A program made the position numbers and the translations under genes. Positions 55,034-64,000 of a DNA stretch of 64,000 nt are shown here, in pieces. Below the pieces are notes generated by a model. It saw nothing but the letters and a program-made list of their open reading frames with translations, was not told the origin of the DNA and made no database searches. The stretch covers positions 1-64,000 of the forward strand of contig CAZPWM010000003.1 in the NCBI GenBank assembly GCA_964590575.1, given 5' to 3'. The stretch is from an uncultured archaeon (GTDB taxonomy: Archaea; Asgardarchaeota; Thorarchaeia; Thorarchaeales; Thorarchaeaceae). The first letter of the stretch is position 1. Every line of letters begins with the position of its first letter.

Positions 55034-56956
55034 TTGGCTGAGTTTCGCGTTGGTCGCGGTCACGATGGTCCTGCACGTGTGGGTGAGTATATTCTGGGAT
55101 CAACGACATATTCTACTCCCTTACTGACTTGTTCTTTCACCTCCAGCGATTCTATTATTGCATATGGGACCTTGGGCAGGGATATTTCATCCTCCGATAA
55201 TCCAATGTTGATATCATTACCCTTTGTCAGTCAGTTTGATGACCTTCCCCTGACAAACATTCGAGACCATGATTCAGTCATTCTTCCATCCCTCATATCC
55301 CTTGCCGCTATTGCCACAGATGCATCGGAGCTGGTCTTTGAATATCAACATGAGATTCTATCAAGAATCAAGTCGACAATCGACTCCTCTAGGACCATAA
55401 TTCGTGTCCCGTCTGAAGCAAACCCCGAATCAATTTCTAAACTCGCTGAAACCGGAGCTCATGGTGCAGCATTCTCTTTCAATGGTCAATTAGGCTCTCA
55501 GGACTATAATGCGATTGACCTAAGAAGCCATCTGCCACTTTTCATGATGGCTTTTGCAGTAGGACGAATTGAACCTGGTTTAATACCACTCCTTCATTAC
55601 ACTGGTTTTGACATCATTGACATTGGTCATGCGCAAGAGTCTGCATCAAATGGTCTTAGGCTTTGGAAGAATGGTGCTGAGAAGATCGAGATTGGAAAAG
55701 AGTGTCGCTATTGTTCATGTCCCTCCTGTACAAAACTTGACATTGCAAAACCCGAGGACTTACAAGGCATTCTTTTGGACCATAATCTTAGCATCTACAG
55801 GTCCATCATCTCTGAGTCAAGAGAAGCTATGAGTACTGGCCGTCTAAGATGGTTGGTGGAAAGTTCCACACATAACAGTCCTGCACACGCCTCGCTTGTT
55901 CGACTTGTAAATAGAGAACTCTATACATTCATCGAGGAATTCTCTCCGACAACGGGACCCGATGCACTACCTGTGATTGGCTCAGAATCATATAACGCTC
56001 CTGTAGTCCGAAGATTCCGAGAGTACGTAGCAAGCAGATACTCTGTGCGTGATGATAAACCAATCATATTGCTTCTACCATGTTCTGCTAGGAAACCATA
56101 TTCTGACTCCAAATCCCACAAGAGATTCAATGCAGTAATCGAATCAGCTATGAGTGGCTTGGAGTCTAGAGTGGCTCAAGTAATACTAACTTCACCACTT
56201 GGACTTGTTCCACGTGAACTTGAGCGAATTTATCCAGCTGGTCAGTATGACATTCCTGTGACGGGTGACTGGGACACCGAGGAGATCAAGATTGGAGCAA
56301 ATGCACTAGTAACCCATCTCAAGAAATTCAGCAGCAGATCGGTCGTGATAGCTCATGTATCTGGAGGGTATCTGGATATAGTGAGAGCTGCTGAATCAGA
56401 GATAGAACAAAGTCTGATATACACGACACCAGAAGATCGTGCAACAAGTCGTGAGTCATTAGATGCATTGCAAGAGTCACTCATTGAACTGAAAGAGATA
56501 CTCTCTATATCTAGAGGGCCTCGTACAGAATTAGAGGAAATTGTATCTGCGACTGCAGACTATCAGTTTGGACCAGGAGCTGGTAAGGCGCTAGTTCCTG
56601 AACATGCAAAACTCAGAGGAAAACCATACAAACTGATTCTATGTAGTGTTGATGGAGAACAAGTTTGTTCCTATGTGGCTGAGAACGGAATTCTCTCGCT
56701 CACATTAGCTGGTGGTAGGCTTCTTGCTCCACTAAATCGCTATTGGGTCCGTCTTGATGTTCCAAAGGTTAAAGGTGGGTCTATCTTTGCAGTAGGCGTT
56801 CAAGAGGCTGATTATCTCATACGACCCGGGGATGAGGTCATTGTTGTCAATGGTTCTGCTGAGGTCATTGCAGTTGGACGAAGTGAGATGTCTGGTCGCG
56901 AAATGTGCGAGTTGAAAAGAGGTAGAGCTGTTTCTGTTCGCCATAAAAAGGAGTGA
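55034..56956 (+). CDS. arcS: Archaeosine synthase alpha subunit (TGT-like + DUF5591 + PUA)
   Basis: DGPARVG, LLPCSARKPYS.SKSH, TSPLGLVPRELE..YP...YDIPVTG.W, ADYQFG, PUA domain. Confidence 0.9.
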   Translation: MAEFRVGRGHDGPARVGEYILGSTTYSTPLLTCSFTSSDSIIAYGTLGRDISSSDNPMLISLPFVSQFDDLPLTNIRDHDSVILPSLISLAAIATDASELVFEYQHEILSRIKSTIDSSRTIIRVPSEANPESISKLAETGAHGAAFSFNGQLGSQDYNAIDLRSHLPLFMMAFAVGRIEPGLIPLLHYTGFDIIDIGHAQESASNGLRLWKNGAEKIEIGKECRYCSCPSCTKLDIAKPEDLQGILLDHNLSIYRSIISESREAMSTGRLRWLVESSTHNSPAHASLVRLVNRELYTFIEEFSPTTGPDALPVIGSESYNAPVVRRFREYVASRYSVRDDKPIILLLPCSARKPYSDSKSHKRFNAVIESAMSGLESRVAQVILTSPLGLVPRELERIYPAGQYDIPVTGDWDTEEIKIGANALVTHLKKFSSRSVVIAHVSGGYLDIVRAAESEIEQSLIYTTPEDRATSRESLDALQESLIELKEILSISRGPRTELEEIVSATADYQFGPGAGKALVPEHAKLRGKPYKLILCSVDGEQVCSYVAENGILSLTLAGGRLLAPLNRYWVRLDVPKVKGGSIFAVGVQEADYLIRPGDEVIVVNGSAEVIAVGRSEMSGREMCELKRGRAVSVRHKKE

Positions 56957-56965
56957 GAGCATGAC

Positions 56966-58048
56966 ATGGAAGGATCTCTGAAACGAATCAACGAAGCTGT
57001 TCAAAAGGCAGCTCTGCAAGCTAGAGGACACTCACTCCGCATGCGACGAAAACGAGACCCCACTAGACCATCAGCTAAGTGGGTCGCGTCTGCTAGGGTT
57101 GGTCGCGAACAAGGAACCGCACTTGCTATTGTTCTATCCACTATAGGATGTGCCCATGCTCGGAGCGACTCTGGAGGGTGCACCATGTGTAGCTACCTCC
57201 TTGATGGTGTTCAGGAACCGCCAACTTCTGATCAGATAGTAGCACAATTCAGATTCGCGATGACAGCGTTGGAATCAAATAAAGCCCCCTTATCCGTCAA
57301 GATTTACACAAGTGGCAGTTTTCTAGATGATGAAGAAATCCCTTCAGAAGCAAGATTTGAAATTCTAAAGATTATTGCTGAGGATGAACGGATACGTGAG
57401 GTAGTTCTTGAGTCAAGACCGGAATATGTCAACGAGTCTATTCTTTCAGGTATTCGACAAGTATTAGGCGATAGGACTGTCGAGATTGGAATGGGTCTTG
57501 AAAGTGCGAGTGACGTGATTCGATCTGTATGCATCAACAAGAACTTTGATTTGCAAATGTTCAAGGATGCCTTGAAGATTGCGAAGAACTACAACATAGG
57601 GATACGTGCTTATGTATTGCTTAAACCTCCATTACTTACGGAAAGAGATGCCCTTCTAGATGCAATTTCAACAGTCCAACAAGCGAGAGCACTAGGAGTC
57701 ACAACGATTTCATTGAATCCAGTTACTGTACAGAAAGATACACTTGTTGAAAAACTCTGGATAAAAGGTAAGTATAGACCGCCATGGTTATGGAGTATTC
57801 TAAAAGTTCTTCGTGAAGCCAGTAGCGTTTCTGACAAATGGATGAAGATTGTTTGCGATCCTGTAGCTGGTGGAAAAAGAAGGGGTGCACACAACTGTGG
57901 CAAATGTGACGCTGCAATCATGGACGCAATCCGCCAATTCTCATTGAGCCAGGATCCAGTTGTTCTGAAGCATCTATCATGTGATTGTCTTAGTCAATGG
58001 GAACATATCTTGAAGCACGAAGATTTCTCATTGGTCGTTCATAGATGA
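56966..58048 (+). CDS. raSEA: Archaeosine biosynthesis radical SAM lyase RaSEA (TIGR01210)
   Basis: GC......GGCTMC, KIYTSGSFLD, ESRPEY, YVLLKPP, YRPPWLWS, RGAHNCGKC; adjacent to arcS. Confidence 0.92.
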   Translation: MEGSLKRINEAVQKAALQARGHSLRMRRKRDPTRPSAKWVASARVGREQGTALAIVLSTIGCAHARSDSGGCTMCSYLLDGVQEPPTSDQIVAQFRFAMTALESNKAPLSVKIYTSGSFLDDEEIPSEARFEILKIIAEDERIREVVLESRPEYVNESILSGIRQVLGDRTVEIGMGLESASDVIRSVCINKNFDLQMFKDALKIAKNYNIGIRAYVLLKPPLLTERDALLDAISTVQQARALGVTTISLNPVTVQKDTLVEKLWIKGKYRPPWLWSILKVLREASSVSDKWMKIVCDPVAGGKRRGAHNCGKCDAAIMDAIRQFSLSQDPVVLKHLSCDCLSQWEHILKHEDFSLVVHR

Positions 58049-58125
58049 ACCAAATGTCTTATGAAAAAGGTCATAAAGAAAACCAAGAGGCTGTCGCATG
58101 TTCTGAATAATTGGAGTGATTGACA

Positions 58126-58473
58126 ATGTCTACTTATGTTACTCGGGTGTCTGTTTGGTTCTACAGTGAAGGTGCATCCCCCTCTCAAGTGATGAGCAAG
58201 CTCCAAGAGCTTGGTTTCAAACCTGTTAGAGGCGCCTATGACTTTGTGTATGAACACAGCGCTGTCGATATGACCGACGCGGACCTTGGCAGCGCAATAA
58301 TTGAAATCTCAAATGCATTACATAAAACACTCTCTGGATTCAAGGTACTCTACAATCTCGATACCCATCTTTCTGAAGGAGAAGAAGATTACTTTCCTCT
58401 CGAAGACATTGATGCTGAGTTAGAAGATACCAGAAGAGAACTTGAACAGATTGAGAACGAAGAAGCAGATTAA
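58126..58473 (+). CDS. Conserved archaeal hypothetical protein with acidic tail
   Basis: F.SEGASPS.V...L..LGFKP..G.YDFVY; GGAGTGA upstream. Confidence 0.8.
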   Translation: MSTYVTRVSVWFYSEGASPSQVMSKLQELGFKPVRGAYDFVYEHSAVDMTDADLGSAIIEISNALHKTLSGFKVLYNLDTHLSEGEEDYFPLEDIDAELEDTRRELEQIENEEAD

Positions 58474-58479
58474 TGCTCC

Positions 58480-58516
58480 AGAATGGGAAAAGGATTAACA
58501 CCCCTTCACCCATTCT
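58480..58516. terminator. Hairpin between convergent genes
   Basis: agaatggg (58480-87) pairs with cccattct (58509-16). Confidence 0.55.
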
Positions 58517-58532
58517 AAGCTATTTGTTTGTG

Positions 58533-60320
58533 CTAAATTGATGAAACCACAGGCTCACGACGTTCGTATTCTCCTTCACCCTGCACAGTGACTCTGATTT
58601 TCTTCTTGTCACCGGGATTCATCCTAGTCCAAGTCCAAACCATTTGTGAACCATCAGTAACAGATAACACATCAGGTGCATCATCTTCAGGATCCGTAGA
58701 CACATATTCGAAACCCGCAGGAATCCAATCTGTAATTTCGATGTTCTCAGCAGTCACTTCACCATTATTAGCCACTACCAGCACAACGATGTATTCCCCA
58801 GCACCAACTCCCTTGTTAATCGCCTTCTTTGTAGAGATCGCACGCTTCTTATAGATAACTCCAAGTTTATGACCATCTTCAGGGCTTGCTATTACCAAAG
58901 GAATTCCTGCAGGTTCCGTGTTAGCTATACATGTTATTGGTGATGGATACTCTTTCTCTGGACGATTTCGCCATGCCATAACAGCATAGTTAATTTTAAG
59001 GCTTTCACCGGGCTCGAGTTCTCCGCCCGATTTACTCAAATCCTCAACTCTAAAGGTCATTTTGTGAGGCTTTTCTGGGTCTTGGTCATCAGGATTAATT
59101 ACAAACTCATAAGGACCCGTATACTCCTCACCCTTAATCCACACAGTGATATGCTCACTAGTTGGGGGCATGACATCATCTGGTAAATTGTCCTCGATTG
59201 TAATTTCGTTCAAACGTGCAGAACCATTGTTAGTTACTTCTATCGTGACCTCAACTGGGGTCTTGTCAAAGCTGCTTACTGATGGAGGATCAAATGTCTT
59301 TGAATAGTCAATACTATATACTGGAATCTCTTGAGGCGTTTTCTCAATTGATCCAAGTACTCGTTTTGTGACTGTCCTTACAGGAGTGTACACAAGGTCT
59401 TGTGTGCATTTTGGAGTTGATTTGCTCTCAACCTCGAATGATGAAGTCCATTCTTGGTCTGGCTCCAATTCAATACCAGGTGACTCCTCTATCATAATTT
59501 GTTTCTCGCCACCACCTTCTGGAGTGAGATAAATCACCGCGTTCTCCAACCTAACGATAAGGTCGCTTTCGTTTGAACATTCAAGTGTGCATTGCCATTG
59601 GTTTGGTTCAGTTTCAGCAGTTTCAATTCCCGTCAAAAACTCAGTTAATGCGGTTAGTTCTGGATTGAGGATGGACCTCTGTTGTCCTTCGGCTCTATAA
59701 GTGATGATAACATCACCAGATTTCCTTGGGTTCTTGTCTTCGACAAGTCCAGTTGCACTGATGATGAGTGAGGAAGACTCTCGTGGATAAATAACGAAGT
59801 CTTTCCAGACCACCTGTCTTGTTCCTTCATCATATTCAGCTATGCCAGATTTTGCAGACACTATTTCAAGATTGGAAAGTTCATGTGGAATGGTCTTGTT
59901 TAGAATGATGTTGCTAATTTCACCATCTGTTTCGTTGGTGATTGAGAGTGTAATTTTAACAGGATTTTCCTTCCCGATAACATAAGCCCAGTGTGGGTCT
60001 TCTGTTTCAATTGTTCCACAAGTATTATACACTTCCTTGAGGGATATTAGAGGTGCTTCTACATCAACACTATACTTGGTGTACCACTTACCACCGACAT
60101 CTATCTCCCCTGCTGTAAGCGTATCAATACTAATATCTGTAGCATCACGAGTCCCTCCTAGGAGGACCTTAGCATTCCAGATGCGACTACGCTCTGATAC
60201 ATTGTTAACACTCAGAATACCCGAAGCATCAATACGATTCAGTTCTGATAATCCACCAAGCTGAGCCTTCTCCGATTCTTCGAGGTCAATTACGACCTTT
60301 TTTCTTACATTCTCACTCAT
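58533..60320 (-). CDS. Cytoplasmic multi-beta-sandwich protein: mu-homology-like N-terminus plus DUF11-like repeats
   Basis: No signal peptide or TM; repeated V.N.G.....I.I.D..P units; residues about 6-225 align by eye with adaptin mu MHD. Confidence 0.7.
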   Translation of the reverse strand: [595 protein letters not shown]

Positions 60321-60395
60321 TCAACGCACACCCGTTGTCTTGCATTCATTGTTTTAGGATTCTTCTGACTCGCGTAATGCTATCACAGGAGAATA

Positions 60396-61109
60396 TCAGT
60401 TTAGCTCGTATCTGAATTCGTTTCCTGCGGCCCAGTAGGCTTCTAGAACCTGATTTGGTTGCATAATGACTGGAACTGTTCCCTGACCAAATTGCTGAAC
60501 ATATTTGGAGAATTTCTTTGGGTCCTCCTCAGACGACCATCTCATGGGTATTCCAATTCGTGGTTTTGCATCAATACACAGACTGACTGCATCTTTCACT
60601 GGAAAGACACCATCACCACCAACTGGTACTATAAGGACATCCATATCGAGTTGCTCGAATGGACCTCGGACCACCGAGTCACCAAGGTAGCCCACTTTCA
60701 TATCTCCAATCTCAATATATAATCCAAGATTTTCAATACGTCCACCTTCTCCCTCATCAATTCTTGACAGAGAATAGGGTGTAATTTTCACATCTGGGAT
60801 CTCATAGGGGATCTCAGGTTGGAGAACGTGCAGTAACCACGGTTTTGCTCCTTGTTCTGAAACTTTGTTAACTGTTCCTTGATTTCCTAGGAACCATGCT
60901 TTTGAATCGACTGCGATGGTTGCTGCATTACCAACCGCATCGTCTGATTGATTCGTTGCTATGACAATTCTAGCACTGAAGTCGTTTGGAACAACAGATT
61001 CACCATCCCAAATTCCAGGATTCAGAAGAATCGTCGTTTCATTATATTCGAGTGCGAATGAAGTCCTTCCAAAGTACACTATTTTGAGCAACAAATCACA
61101 CCCCGTCAA
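60396..61109 (-). CDS. UPF0173-type MBL-fold protein lacking metal ligands
   Basis: KIVYFG..SF.LE, YLGDS, DVLIVPVGG, IPMRW; HxHxDH is NQSDDA. Confidence 0.75.
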   Translation of the reverse strand: MTGCDLLLKIVYFGRTSFALEYNETTILLNPGIWDGESVVPNDFSARIVIATNQSDDAVGNAATIAVDSKAWFLGNQGTVNKVSEQGAKPWLLHVLQPEIPYEIPDVKITPYSLSRIDEGEGGRIENLGLYIEIGDMKVGYLGDSVVRGPFEQLDMDVLIVPVGGDGVFPVKDAVSLCIDAKPRIGIPMRWSSEEDPKKFSKYVQQFGQGTVPVIMQPNQVLEAYWAAGNEFRYELN

Positions 61110-61337
61110 TACGCATTGGCACGGTCAAGCCAGAATGAATGCTGCACTACTATCGTTGAGATTGTTATTAATAAGGTAATTTCGAACCAATGCGAAATCC
61201 CTGTATTTTCGTCTATTTTGTCTGTTTTTCGGCGCCGTATTGTGCAAACTCCGGTTCACCGAGTGCTATCTTTTTATGACCCGGACAAGACTGAGAGTTA
61301 GAGGTCCTGCAAATCCCGCGGAATTGTATCGAGCGAG

Positions 61338-62639
61338 TTGGATTCTATGTTAGATAAAATTCTCACTGAGAACTTCAGACGAACATTGAAGATGGTCTTT
61401 ACAGACATTAACAACCAACAAGACCGCCGCGATGAACATGAATTTGCTAAAGATGAAGTCCGAATCAAAGAGCGGCTTCTTGATACTTTCACTACTCATC
61501 GTCATGATGTTATTTTGGAGAACGACTTCAGAATAGCTGCTATTGATGGATCAGGCACGGATAGTCTGATGACCCTGGATGACATCAGGATTCATCTTCT
61601 TAGTACCTCTACTGTCGTAGTAGACACTAACACACAATCTGAGAATCTATTCTCTCCTATAGAAAGGGACACCTTGGAGAATGAGCTAGGAGAACAACCG
61701 CATATAGACATACACTGGCATTCAGGAGTGCGAGGCGATGCTCGTAATAAGCTCGCTGAAACGTTAGCAAGTATCTATCCGTTGAAAGATGTAGCTAGTT
61801 TAACTCTTCCATTTTTCAAGGACCACACTAAGGGTGAAATCGCTTCTTTCTCTGATTTCGGTGACACTGAGTATGAGAAACACGTTCCGCGTTTGAGGGA
61901 ACTTGAATCACTGATCTCTCGTGAGCAGTTATTGACTAATCCTACGGTCCATGAAGAGATACGAAAGACAAGTGAGTATGCAGCAGCTCGTCGACTTCTT
62001 ATGAGTGATATACAACCGAAGTACCTTCTCTTGGACGGAGCGTTGTCCGTCTTCATGCATTTTGTGCGACACTATCCATCTATGCCAAGTGGGTTTATGC
62101 TAAGAGATGTATGTGCTTTGGCAAGGCAGAAGAATGTAGTCCTATGTGCTGTAAGTAAGAATCATACGATTCCGTTTGCGCATCGGATAGCAGGAATGGC
62201 ACGAGAAAAGTTTGGGGCGTCAGCAAAGTGGTTCTGTCATCTACCAAGCAGGGAAGATCCCGAAGGAGGTCTGCATATCTACGAGGACCGAACCTACATA
62301 CCTCCAATGTTAGCTGTACCGTATTTGTATAGCTTCTCCAGGGATAATAGACCTTCTAGAATTGATTTCGACAGGATTTGGTGGCTCGAGAACATATTTG
62401 TACCAGGCGACCCGGGAGCAACCCGTTCAAATGAAAAGACACTTTTTGCTGAGTTAGAGTTCATGTCAAGAGACGCTCGATGGTATGGATACCCAGTGCC
62501 TCTTGCATTAGCTCATGAATCGTGTAAGTTGAGTTATGAAGACCTACGACTTGCAAAGGAAGTATGTATGGATGTTCGATCAGAGATGGGTCTTGAAATG
62601 CGAAAAGCTGAACCACTACGTGCAGACTATGATTTGTAA
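61338..62639 (+). CDS. nurA: NurA-family nuclease
   Basis: IAAIDGS, LLLDGAL, AVSK, GYPVPLALAHE; directly upstream of HerA. Confidence 0.85.
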   Translation: MDSMLDKILTENFRRTLKMVFTDINNQQDRRDEHEFAKDEVRIKERLLDTFTTHRHDVILENDFRIAAIDGSGTDSLMTLDDIRIHLLSTSTVVVDTNTQSENLFSPIERDTLENELGEQPHIDIHWHSGVRGDARNKLAETLASIYPLKDVASLTLPFFKDHTKGEIASFSDFGDTEYEKHVPRLRELESLISREQLLTNPTVHEEIRKTSEYAAARRLLMSDIQPKYLLLDGALSVFMHFVRHYPSMPSGFMLRDVCALARQKNVVLCAVSKNHTIPFAHRIAGMAREKFGASAKWFCHLPSREDPEGGLHIYEDRTYIPPMLAVPYLYSFSRDNRPSRIDFDRIWWLENIFVPGDPGATRSNEKTLFAELEFMSRDARWYGYPVPLALAHESCKLSYEDLRLAKEVCMDVRSEMGLEMRKAEPLRADYDL

Positions 62640-62654
62640 ACTGAGGAAAAAACC

Positions 62655-64000
62655 ATGAGTTTAGATAGAGACAAACTTGGAGAACTTTTCGGAAAGGTGG
62701 GTGTAGGCAACCAGACCACACTCGGTATAATGGGTAATAATCGTGATATCAGTGTGGGTGAGATATTCATGATTTACTCCAACCGCGATGGCCATGAGAG
62801 GGTGTTCTTCTTCAGAGTCCTTGGTCTAGAAAACTATCTTCGACAAGTTGACGATATGGCACGCATAGCGGGGACACTCATGGTGGAAGGAGATGCATAT
62901 CTCTCAGGAATTGAGCGGAACATGCTCCTCTCTATAGGTGGTCGAATGCTAGGTTATGCAGAGAAGAAAGGTGAGGAATGGACCTTTAAATCACCTAGAC
63001 GACTCCCAGATCACTTGGCTTCAGTGTATCGTCCTATCCCTGGCACGTCTGATGATTCTGTTCGAGCAATGCTAGAGTGTCAGACTGATGGCCAGGTCTA
63101 TGTTGGTGACCTCCAAGTTGGAGAAGCCACACTTGATGTACCAATCAAGATACCTTCAAAATTCCTACCAATGCATGTAGGCATCTTTGGGTCGACAGGA
63201 GCTGGAAAGAGCAATCTGATGATGGTCCTGATCAAATCAGTCATTGATAACAACCTAGATGCTTTCAGAGATGCAAAACAAAAGTTACAACGAATATCCG
63301 CATTCTGTATCGACCCCCATGACGAGTTTGCCAAGGGTGTTGACAAGTACGGGATTCAGCATGTGGTAGAAGATATGAGTCCTTCAACAAGGTCTGAGGT
63401 GATAGGTGATTTCTACTACCTGACAACCCACAAGAGAGCTACGACTAGAGAGATTCGAGCACATGCTCGCGAAATCAGAATTCTGTGGTCCGAGATTCAA
63501 CCAAGAGATCTTTACTCGATTAGAGAGTTCACTCCCGAGATGTCCTCTTTCATAGATACACAATATTCAGTAGCAAAAGAGGATTGGATAAGTGCGATAA
63601 TCAATATGAATGAAGACGAAGCTGGAGTGCCTGCAGGTACTCTGAGAGCGGTGAAACGCAGACTTAGTTTTTTGGAACGGTCTCCAATTTTCATTGAGCA
63701 AGGATCATCCATTTTGAGTGACATCTTTATTGCCATGGAAACTGGCAGAGTTCTGGTTGTCAATACGAGTTTAATGGGCGATATGGAGCAGTTCCTACTC
63801 ACAACAATCGTGACACGGACATTATCTGATATGAGACGAGCTCTGAAGAGCAGCGGGAATCTAGGTGATTTCATGAATCAAGGTGAGATGCGTCTTCCAT
63901 CACCATTCTTTAATTCTGTGGAAAAACAAGCTCGTGCATTCTATGGTATTGGAGGCGTCAAAGATGAAACTCCAGTTCAAGACCCAAGGTCTCTCCCGGT
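62655..64000 (+). CDS. herA: HerA/DUF87 ATPase (partial, runs off the window)
   Basis: ATG 62655 after GAGG; N-terminal HAS-barrel-like region, MHVGIFGSTGAGKSN Walker A, IDPHDEF; absent from the ORF track because no stop lies in the window. Confidence 0.9.
   Translation, partial: MSLDRDKLGELFGKVGVGNQTTLGIMGNNRDISVGEIFMIYSNRDGHERVFFFRVLGLENYLRQVDDMARIAGTLMVEGDAYLSGIERNMLLSIGGRMLGYAEKKGEEWTFKSPRRLPDHLASVYRPIPGTSDDSVRAMLECQTDGQVYVGDLQVGEATLDVPIKIPSKFLPMHVGIFGSTGAGKSNLMMVLIKSVIDNNLDAFRDAKQKLQRISAFCIDPHDEFAKGVDKYGIQHVVEDMSPSTRSEVIGDFYYLTTHKRATTREIRAHAREIRILWSEIQPRDLYSIREFTPEMSSFIDTQYSVAKEDWISAIINMNEDEAGVPAGTLRAVKRRLSFLERSPIFIEQGSSILSDIFIAMETGRVLVVNTSLMGDMEQFLLTTIVTRTLSDMRRALKSSGNLGDFMNQGEMRLPSPFFNSVEKQARAFYGIGGVKDETPVQDPRSLP

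Noticed and set aside
1-64000. Many 60-250 aa ORFs antisense to or nested in called genes; CRISPR, rRNA, transposases
   Set aside because: The shadow ORFs lack motifs and SD sites and overlap well-supported genes; no repeat-spacer array, rRNA or transposase/integrase motif was seen.

Overview
Gene-dense archaeal chromosome segment with about 70 CDS and GGTGA/GGTGT-type Shine-Dalgarno sites. Gene content (PriL, ABCE1, ArcS-RaSEA, NurA-HerA, class V FBP aldolase/phosphatase, archaeal TpiA, parvulin, giant FtsX permeases, TPR proteins) is archaeal and, by inference, fits an Asgard archaeon, probably Thorarchaeia. No rRNA, CRISPR array or intact mobile element is seen. Beyond the ORF track I find: two near-identical tRNA-Arg genes (CCG, GCG); two box C/D guide sRNAs (16498-16564 + and 29926-29997 -), the first with its 3' end repeated 244 bp downstream and the second heading an operon containing PHP and Mut7-C nuclease genes; a partial HerA gene at the right edge; a frameshifted zinc-ribbon gene; and a permease that seems to need a non-canonical start. 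Protein-level highlights: a cytoplasmic protein whose N-terminus aligns by eye with the mu-homology domain of eukaryotic adaptor/coat medium subunits; five intact genes for metalloenzyme folds that have lost metal ligands (NIF3, M24, gamma-CA, M48, MBL); and an ABCE1 with Glu at an Fe-S Cys position. All family calls are motif recognition by eye; no searches were run.
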